Part shown: one piece after another, positions 1 through 7,936 of the stretch
How the letters are laid out: every line of letters starts with the position of its first letter
Numbering within the stretch: position 1 is the stretch's first letter
The notes under the pieces: model-generated
What the model was told of the DNA's origin: nothing
Database searches by the model: none
What the model saw: only the letters and a program-made list of their open reading frames with translations
Origin: Selaginella moellendorffii
Lineage: Eukaryota; Plantae; Lycopodiophyta
NCBI RefSeq assembly: GCF_000143415.4
Contig: NW_003314582.1
Location: 1 to 11,094, forward strand
Direction: 5' to 3'
Length of the DNA: 11,094 nt
Position numbers and translations under genes: made by a program

Positions 1-309
1 ATAGAAGAAATTTCCACCTTGGAACACACCTTAGAAAGTGTTTTTGTTGATATGATTTTTCTAAATAAATTTCTCTTGCCTTTGTATTATCATCCTTGTT
101 CATTGGTCACTCTGGACCCCTTGCAAAGTTTCGCTATTGCGTGCCAAAAGGACAAAAATAGAACCTTGGAATAGTGTCGTCAACAGAATGTATTTCGTTT
201 TATTCTAATAATTCAATCCTGGATCATGTAGAAATGCCACCAAGAACCATAAACATTAAACTAACCATTTCTTGTTGAGAGAGCTAGCTTTGTTGATATT
301 TGTGACTTT

Positions 310-650
310 GGTACTTCATTAAATACTTCAGCTGGCAATGCATGCTTCTTTCTGTGGAATGGTGCACTTGGTGCAGCTCATCCCAAAGAACACCACCTTG
401 ATACAGGTTGATCATCTGTTAGCTGTAGTAGCTCCCTTTCCTGATATAAAATATTCTGGCTGCTTGTGAGTTTCGAAATGCCCTCAGGGAGACGCTTGAT
501 GCCGCAAGTCTTCTGGGCTGGCTGGCTCCACTTTTATCGTATGGACATGGACGAAGGTGGCATCAGTATGACGTTCACAGAAGAGATTTCCAAAGGCAGC
601 TACATCACCATTTCGCTTTTAGAGACACATAGCCAATGCTTAGTGGTCAA
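310..650 (-). pseudogene. possible decayed leucine-rich-repeat (NLR-type) fragment
   Basis: One minus frame reads ...VM*LPLEISSVNVILMPPSSMSIR*KWSQPAQKTCGIKRLPEGISKLTSSQ. CGIKRLPEGISKLTS (~462-507) resembles the plant NLR LRR consensus. There are in-frame stops, and the match is by eye only. Confidence 0.2.
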
Positions 651-1094
651 AATAAGTGACTAACCTTGAAACTATATCCCTTGGTTTTCCCTGACCCGAG
701 CCCGGAGAAAGGATGAAAGGATCAGGCTACGCAACCGCAATTAGAAAATCGTAGCCCCGAGATTGTTTTGTTTCGTGTTTCCTTCTGCACATTCTGCGCC
801 GCCTAATTTCTATGTGATTTTCCAAAAAAAATTATTATCTTTCTGGCCCTAGGAATTCCATTTTGATATCACTTCTGGTTTCGCCAAGATTCGAACAGGA
901 AATGAAAGGAACTTTATGCAATAACCAGCAAAACCATTGCCCCGTTTGGCAAAGTCAAGCATATGATAATAACAGTTATTTCAAGTCATGAGGACCCACG
1001 AAGGGCATCAGACCATCCTATCTACTGTTTGGTGGGACGTGTATCAAGGATGGCAAATAGCTCATCGCAAAGGTTTATGGTGGCAGTGAGGTAC

Positions 1095-2019
1095 TCACAA
1101 AGTCGCTGGCGTTGCCGTTGCTAGCGATATGTATAACGTCTCGCTGTATTGGCTAGGGTTGGGAATTCTCTCGGCCGCTTTAGCCGATGCTAAGTAAAAG
1201 CTTGAAAAAAAAGAGCGAGCTCCAACATTGGTGTTAACAGAATTGGAGGTGCTGCTGCTCAACGCGCTGGGGGCGGACCTCTGTTTCTTCTTACTTGGTA
1301 TCTTCTTTTGAACAAGGGATCTTGAGTTGTCTGGTTTTTTGGATTTTGTGGAGTGGCTTCTTTTTCTGTATAGGACCTCGTGAACTTGCACAAACGTGCG
1401 AAAGATCAAGGATCCTTGCTGCTGGTCTGGATCGGTAGCTCGAAAGAGTGGATCCACCGCGACCTTGTTTCCCCATATGGTGAGCACTAGCGAGAAGAGC
1501 TGAAGGTGGCAGAACCTTCTTTCTGCTGGCATTCAGCTGCGATTCAAGGAATTCTCCAACTCCCACTGTATCCAGATGGCCAGGATTAGCCGCGAGCAAA
1601 CCCGAAGTTGGAAGAATTATGAAATATATTGTAAGAATGCTGCGCTTGTTCCAGAGCTTGAAGAGCTAATCTCCCTCGCTAGAATCTCTTGCATGATGCT
1701 CGAGACGTTGCTGCCACTCTCGCCATTGCCGCCGCCCACACCGCTCCTCTGCTTGAGCTTCGCAGCCAGCAGACTCGCACTCACCACCTCCCTCGAGCCT
1801 GCTGCGCTGCTGCTGCCCTGACAGCAGCCCCGGCCGCAGTGGCTCAAATCCCCTCGGAACTATACTGGAGATGTAGCACTGGACAGCCGCTCTTCCTCAG
1901 CTTCTCCGCGTGAGTTCCATTGCTGGATGCCACGAAAAAGTGATCCCCTGAAGGAGATGAAGCCGTTGCCATCTTGGCATTAAACATGGCCACCTCTTCC
2001 AGCCCTTCGGTGTCTCCAG
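1095..2019 (-). pseudogene. GC-rich, coding-like, frameshifted relic; possible EF-hand (calcineurin-B/CBL/NCS- or NOX5-like) fragment with a low-complexity basic tail
   Basis: Several overlapping minus ORFs in different frames. Frame-hopping gives EEVAMFNAK / DGNGFISFR (1973-1947) / FFVASSNGTHAEKLR / REVVSASLLAAKLKQ / SSIMQEILARE / YIS*FFQLR / LLAANPGHLDTV, in the order expected for a CBL/NCS-type EF-hand domain. Confidence 0.3.
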
Positions 2020-2958
2020 TTAGCAAGGGTGCCGGTCGGAAATAAATTCTTCCGACAACATGTTTGTGGTTGGCTGGATTGCGCGTTGCATATGGTGCCT
2101 TTCCATTGAATGCGGTGTGCCCAGTCAAAGTCCGAAGAATGATGAGGTTGTCGTAGTCCTGAACCTTTCATCCGGGAAGGTTGGTCTGCAAATTCAATAT
2201 ATGCTTCATCCAGAACGACGAGAAGTGGTAGAGCAAGAACGGCCATGAGATCCTCATCGGTTATTAAACTGAAAAAACAGGAGCAAAAACATATGCTTGA
2301 CATACAAGATTTTCTTACTTACCTTGAAGTTACCTCCCATCTGGATTGTTTGGCGATGTCAAAAGATCATCTTTGGAGAGTGCTCCTTCAGCACGATACC
2401 AGGAATTAGTAAAGAACAGACCAAAGAAAATTGAATCACAAACAAGACCTTTGATGACGCTTACAGCGGCATCAAACGCATACATTGTCAAAGTGGGAGG
2501 ACAATCCACAATCTTGTCACCACCTTCCAATGTACAACTAAAGAGATGAAGAACCATCTCGTGAAGAGCAAAAGAAGAAAAAAGAAAAAACACGCTAGGA
2601 GTTGGTCACTTACCACATGATCAAATCGATGAGCTCGTCGGCACCGCAGCCAGCAAGAATGTAATCCATAGACGGTCCCGAGGCTTCTGAAAGAGCTGCT
2701 CGAAGCCGCCTGCTCTCTGGATCTAAATGTTTGGAAAGTCCATTCCTCCCAAGGATCAAACAAACAAGGAATCTACATACTTCTGGTGGAGGCCCGTAGA
2801 GGTTCTCGTTGGCATCCAGCTTCACGATCTCTTTTGGAGACCTTCCAAGCTTGGCCATTCACAGGAGAGGAGAATTCGGGACACAAGAGGAAAAATCTTA
2901 CCTCCAACGGCTCGATCGTCTTGGAAGGCGCCAAACCCAGCAAGTGCTTCCAGATGAA
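2020..2958 (-). pseudogene. HISN6: rearranged partial duplicate of the HISN6 gene (part of exon 1 to start of exon 7, introns retained)
   Basis: 2127-2958 is colinear and highly similar to ~8535-9488, with about 10 small deletions. 2020-2111 corresponds to 8426-8535 in inverted orientation. It lacks the transit peptide, most of exon 7 and exons 8-9. A 2-bp deletion shifts the frame in exon 6. Confidence 0.93.
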
Positions 2959-3070
2959 GGCTGGATCCAATAATGTATTAAAAAATTCCAATAATTTGCA
3001 GTTTAATATTTAGAAATAGAAACCAAATATTGACAATTTCTTTCAGAATATTCCAAACACACAAAGCAAA

Positions 3071-4382
3071 TTACTCGGTTTTTTGGGGATGAACAATTGA
3101 CGAAGGATACAAGATCTCTTTCGCGCCGGGAACGTCCATGATCAGCTTGGCAGCAGGAACTTGAGTGCCAGGAGCCGGAGACACGAAGAGCAATCGATAC
3201 GTCCACTCGATGAGCTCAGGAGCAAAGATTCTGTAGAGCAGCGTCACTCCATACCAGGAAGGCACACGGACGTAGCGAGCGCCACGGACTGTCCCCGAGA
3301 AGATTGCCTTGGCACACTCTTCGGCATAAGTGACTGGAACAGGTCCCACGGTGACCTGCGAGGAAAGGAAGTTGTAGATGTGGAACTAAGTCAGAACTCC
3401 AGTTTGGTTCACTTACGTCTCTCAGGTCAGGCATTGTTACGTGCTCCCCTTCGGCAGAGATAAACTTGCCTCGAGTGATCTCGCTCTCGACCCATCCAGG
3501 GGTTGCTATTGTGATACCAACGCTGTTTCCAACCTCGACACGCAGCGTGTCAAACAGATTCAGCAGCGCAGCTTCGGCGGCCTGGAGTTGTTTGTTAAGC
3601 CTCTTTAAGTAATATATAAGTTGGAACGCAAAGCTTACATTGTAGATGGCCAAGCGTGGCATTGGTAACCAAGCTGATACCGAAGAATTCACCACAACTT
3701 TACCTCCCGAGCGTTTGAGGTGAGGGAGAGCGTAGTAAGTAGGATAAACTGACCCCCAAAATGTGACATCCTAAACCAACAACATTAAGCGACTTAAAAG
3801 CGAAATCCATACTTTACCATTATCGACTGAAAGCTGGACACATCAACAGCCTCCTCGAACAGATAGCTGTGCATGATCCCAGCGTTGTTTACTAGATGAT
3901 CCACTACAGAAAGAAAATTCAGAGCAAAATAGGAAGTTCCCGATACTACAAACTTACAGCGTCCAAACTGATGAACTGTCTCTTCAACAAACCGCTTGCA
4001 TTCTTCCTCGTGCCCGAGATCAGCAGTCACGATTCGAACATCCATAGCACCGATCCTCTGACATTTACCAGCCACATCTCTAAGCAAGCCCTCTTGATTT
4101 CCGACCAGTATCAGCTTAGCTCCATGGGAGGCATACTCATAGCTTAGTTTCTGCACAACTCCAGTAGTGAATTAAAACCATAGAAAAGAAGCAGCTTACC
4201 TCCCCAATTCCCGATGTTGCTCCCGTGACAACCACAACCTTACCTCGGACATTCTCTCTGAAAACGAAGCTTAGAAACCAGTGGCAAGCATTCATAAAAG
4301 TCAGAGGAGGCCATGCGAGCGCTAGGAAGAAGAGTCCCATCGGTGGAACCACCAGGTTAAGAAAAAACTGCACCAAATCCAT
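3071..4382 (-). CDS. HSD: steroleosin / 11-beta-hydroxysteroid dehydrogenase-like short-chain dehydrogenase (HSD family), 347 aa, 6 exons
   Basis: Exons 4382-4200, 4150-3958, 3903-3818, 3770-3639, 3581-3417, 3355-3071, all GT-AG, total 1044 nt. N-terminal hydrophobic anchor with proline knob (NLVVPPMGLFFLALAWPPLTF). SDR motifs TGATSGIG, LDHLVNNAG, FWGSVYPT, NSSVSAWLPMPR and GITIATPGWVESEIT. Confidence 0.93.
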
Positions 4383-4457
4383 CCCTACCTACGGATGAAA
4401 CTACAAAACAGATCGATAGCTTCGACCCCCTCCCGCGTGATCTGACAATCCCTGGTA

Positions 4458-4485
4458 GATATATAATCCTCTCCGCATGCATGCA
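4458..4485 (-). promoter_or_regulatory. RY element (CATGCATGCA) plus TATA-like box upstream of the steroleosin gene
   Basis: CATGCATGCA at 4476-4485. TTATATAT on the minus strand at ~4466-4459, about 80 nt upstream of ATG 4382. Confidence 0.55.
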
Positions 4486-4584
4486 CAATCTAGCATTTGG
4501 ACACCTGTTGAGAATTTCTATCTGCGTCAGGTAGAGAATCAAAAGCGTACCAAAGAGTTTGTCGCTCACAGAAATTGGGTGTTT

Positions 4585-6227
4585 CTAACGATAGTTCGGC
4601 TCCACACCGGCAAAAATCCGATCCAAGTGCCGCTTTAGAGGCTCCTCAGCAAAGATAAATCTCGTGGCATTCTTTGCCAGCTCGAATAAATCGTGTTCCG
4701 ATAGATCTGGAGAATTGTTAGTGAAACATTATTGACATACATCTGACGAGCAGTTACCGAAGCTGGTTGCTGCAATGGCGTACTCAGAGGAGAGGTTGGT
4801 GGAAAATACCCCTCGATCGTCAGTGCAGATGACCAAAGGGTAGTGAGTTTTGTAAAGCCATGCTGATAGATAAAGATCACATGAGAAAATTTAAATGGGG
4901 TGGACATAACAAACCGAAATGGTGGTCACAGATGGATTTCACGCACCCGGTACGAAGGTTTGAAGTGAAACAGACTTCTACCTGCAAAATATAAAAACTT
5001 TAAATGCTCAACAAAAAAATAAAGATGAAGGAGACCGGAATTCGCAGATTGTGCAGCCGTTCCCATTGAGATTCTTGAAGAACACATGCATGTCCTAGTC
5101 TGTCAGGATGAAAGGCCAGCATTTCTTCTACCTCATCTGGATTGTGCACCTGCAGAGTTGATACCGATGAGAATTATAACATAGACATTAGAACAACGTA
5201 CCTCTCCGCAATGCAACGTAACTGGGAGGCCGCACTGCCTAGCATATGTCAATGCAGGCAAGAACGTCTTCCTACAAGGTAATAACAAGTGAGCTAAGAC
5301 TTGAGAAACTAAATCTATACCAGTTTCCGGTGACAGGATTCCCAGAAAGATCTATGCCGACAACCCCGTGGCTTTTCATTTCCAGCGCAAGCTTCACCTA
5401 CAGCTAAGACGTGAATAAAATGAAAGGAAAGAAAAAGGAGACAGCTTACTTAGTTAACAGCTTACAGTTTCAATGGCCTGGTCCGTGGTCTCTCGACGAT
5501 CGATGCTTAATAGAAGCCGTACTTGAATTCCATGAGCATGAAGCTGATGGTTCTCACAAAGAACCAGATTGGCTTTGGTGATTCCCGCAAGAACGGCTTC
5601 GACGTAGGAGCGTTTTGTCATCCCTGTCAACACATTGCTCTGCAAGCTTGACTGAATTAAAAGCTAAAGTTGAAAAGAAGTTATCACAGAGCGTCACAAA
5701 CCTTTGGTGTCGTACGCAGCTCCAGGTAAACAACGTTCTCGGCAGCAAAATCCTCTATCACCTGCGTTTCATGGCTTGAGTTTCTCTTTCCGCTTAAACA
5801 ACGAAAGAAAAAAGAAAGAGGAAAAGATCTTACGGACCTCTTTCGTGATTCGCGTGATAAATGAATGGTCCGTGGTAAGAACGTGAATAACGTCGAAAAG
5901 CTTGAAGCATTCTTGTAGTGATCGGTCTTCTGCAACAGGCACCAAAGAAATGAGCCCAAACAAAAGAGACAAGAGTCTGGAAACCTTTGAGTATGATTTC
6001 CCGGACATTTGGATAAGAAGAGATGGTTCCACGCTGGTCATGCTCTTGAGCCAGCTCCCTACACACCGGAGTTACACATTTCGTCCCAAAAAAAAAGAGA
6101 AATCTCACAGTAGTGTGGAATCCCTGATGCTGCCATTGAGATGCGCGTGGAGCTCAATCTTGGGCAGCCTCTTGCAATACCTCACAAGAATCTCGCGAGC
6201 TCGATGCTGCGCTTGATTGCTAGACAT
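4585..6227 (-). CDS. MAPDA: adenosine deaminase-like protein / N6-methyl-AMP deaminase (ADAL/MAPDA), 357 aa, 11 exons
   Basis: Exons 6227-6109, 6058-5985, 5929-5838, 5761-5702, 5639-5466, 5397-5321, 5271-5202, 5149-5036, 4981-4915, 4862-4758, 4706-4585, all GT-AG, total 1074 nt. Motifs LPKIELHAHLNGS, YLELRTTPK, LLSIDRRE, GIDLSGNP, LHCGE, RLGHAC and CTDDRGVF; Zn ligands and catalytic Glu are intact. Confidence 0.95.
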
Positions 6228-6390
6228 TGCTTCTTCGCGTTTGCTAGGGCAAATGTCTACTAGTATTATATTATTTATAATCTATATACCAATCACGAGA
6301 GTATATTCATATCAAAAGCTTCTCTCTTGATTGCCATTATAATCTCTTTAGATCTAACCACTCACACTTATGAGTAAGAACTCTAGATCT

Positions 6391-6543
6391 GTGAGCTTGC
6401 ACTCCAAATTCGTACTAGCATGAACTCTTATCCATCCTAGGGATCCCTTGCTGCTAGAACCCTCAATCTTGCTTGTTTTGCAAGAAAACTCTACAAATTC
6501 AAAAGAAAAAAATGAAATAAGTGAGCTATTGCACTCTAAATTC
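6391..6543. repeat. degenerate direct repeat, ~130-bp period
   Basis: gtgagcttgcactccaaattc (6391-6411) vs gtgagctattgcactctaaattc (6521-6543). Each is preceded upstream by aagaa(aa)ctcta. Confidence 0.4.
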
Positions 6544-7199
6544 TTATGAGGAGAAGCTCTAATGGTCCTAGAGCCTCTCCACACACAGGACTCTATCTCT
6601 CAAGAATCCTTGCAAGAAGGCTAGGCTCACTTGAAAATGCCAGGTTCACCACCCTCAAAGCTCAACCACTCATGCTCAAGACTATGATGAGAGAATAATA
6701 TAGGGATCTAGAATATTCTACTGTGATAAAGAAGGAAATAGATTATTAATTCGATATGCCTTTTTTTTCTACTTTAAGGAGAGGAAGGGTGTAAAGAATA
6801 TACTTAAGTATATTCTAGACATTCTCTATGAACCAATGCTTAACTTTTATATTAATACAAAAAAAAAAATGTAAGTGTAAACAAAAGCATAACAACCACC
6901 ACAGTACTTTAGATTTGTGGGATTCCATGTTGCTGGTGATGAGGAAAGGATCCAGTGATCATTCCACTCCTCCACCCTAGCTTTATGCCAATCCTAACTT
7001 TGTTGCCAGCAACACGTGATCCTAGAGCTTGCATTCCCTAACAATCATTCCACTTTGCCAACATGCCTCAGTTGCCCTCCATGCAAGCTCAGTTGTTGAA
7101 ACGTCTTAGCCCGGTGCAATAAGGGATGTAGAAGGCCTTAGATCTTCTATATGGTACTTTGTAGGTTGGCTCCATGCTTGAAACTGAAATGTTTTTTGT

Positions 7200-7480
7200 C
7201 TCAATTCATGATTTCCAGAATTATATGTATTCGAGGGGATTGTTGAGGCCCTGGCTATGGAGAAAGTTTTGGGTCTCAACATGATACAACACAGTACAAT
7301 ACAAATGCATAATTGTCCAAGAAATTTGTCATCAAGGGAGGCTTCACCAAAATCCAACATGCAAATTGCATGGCCAGCAGGAAGAGTCCAACAAACAAGC
7401 TGTGTTTGATTCCCTGGAGTTACCTTATTGGATTCTAGCTGGGGTGCCTTATGTCAGTGGTCAACTTATCCAGTCATTGT
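7200..7480 (+). pseudogene. possible decayed PPR C-terminal (E-domain-like) relic
   Basis: A plus frame from 7360 reads CKLHGQQEESNKQAVFDSLELPYWILAGVPYVS, loosely like the E motif (ACxLHG...E...A...LEL...PYV). Many stops around it. Confidence 0.18.
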
Positions 7481-7936
7481 AATGCTAGAAGCATAAGACT
7501 TTTCTTATGGCTGGATTTCTAGCCACAATTTGAATCAAGAATTGTTTGTCAATTACAAATTGTTTGTCACATTGTAGATTAGGGAGTTAGCAAGAAATTC
7601 AGTTTTTTGCTCTATCATTTTCTTTACCAGAAGCTTGTATAACACGATTAACAAATTCAGCAATAATATACAAATCAAAACAAGATAATGGACACAAAAT
7701 ATAAATTACATAAAAACATTAGTATACTTTTTAAAAATCCATTTTAGTAATTTTTATTTATATTATAAATTAATCATTACTGCTAAAAAATTATTCTTCA
7801 AAAGACCGAGCAAAATCGACACTCTTTTGCTCCTTGGCTAGCCAATGTAATTAGAAGTGTATAAATTTAACAAAAATCAAGAGAACATTAACCTCTTACA
7901 CTCCATGATATGAGTGTTTTGGAGGTCACAAAAATA

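Noticed and set aside
725-756. Hairpin ggctacg...cgtagcc as a Helitron or ncRNA signal
   Set aside because: Only a 7-bp stem with an 18-nt loop and no CTRR terminus at the expected distance; compatible with chance.
2020-2958. HISN6 copy as a retrocopy or as a haplotype assembly artefact
   Set aside because: Introns are retained, so it is not a retrocopy. The many indels, the inversion and the unrelated flanks argue against a simple allelic duplicate.
3582-3638. Alternative 3' splice site restoring YxxxK in the steroleosin
   Set aside because: Upstream AGs give YNRLNK (Lys at +5) or an immediate stop, and intron retention gives YNVSF. None restores the motif.
6255-6300. CTAG-T as a Helitron 3' end near the MAPDA promoter
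   Set aside because: No GC-rich subterminal hairpin adjacent.
7540-7573. Short tandem duplication aattgtttgtca x2
   Set aside because: Ordinary slippage-type duplication in AT-rich intergenic DNA.
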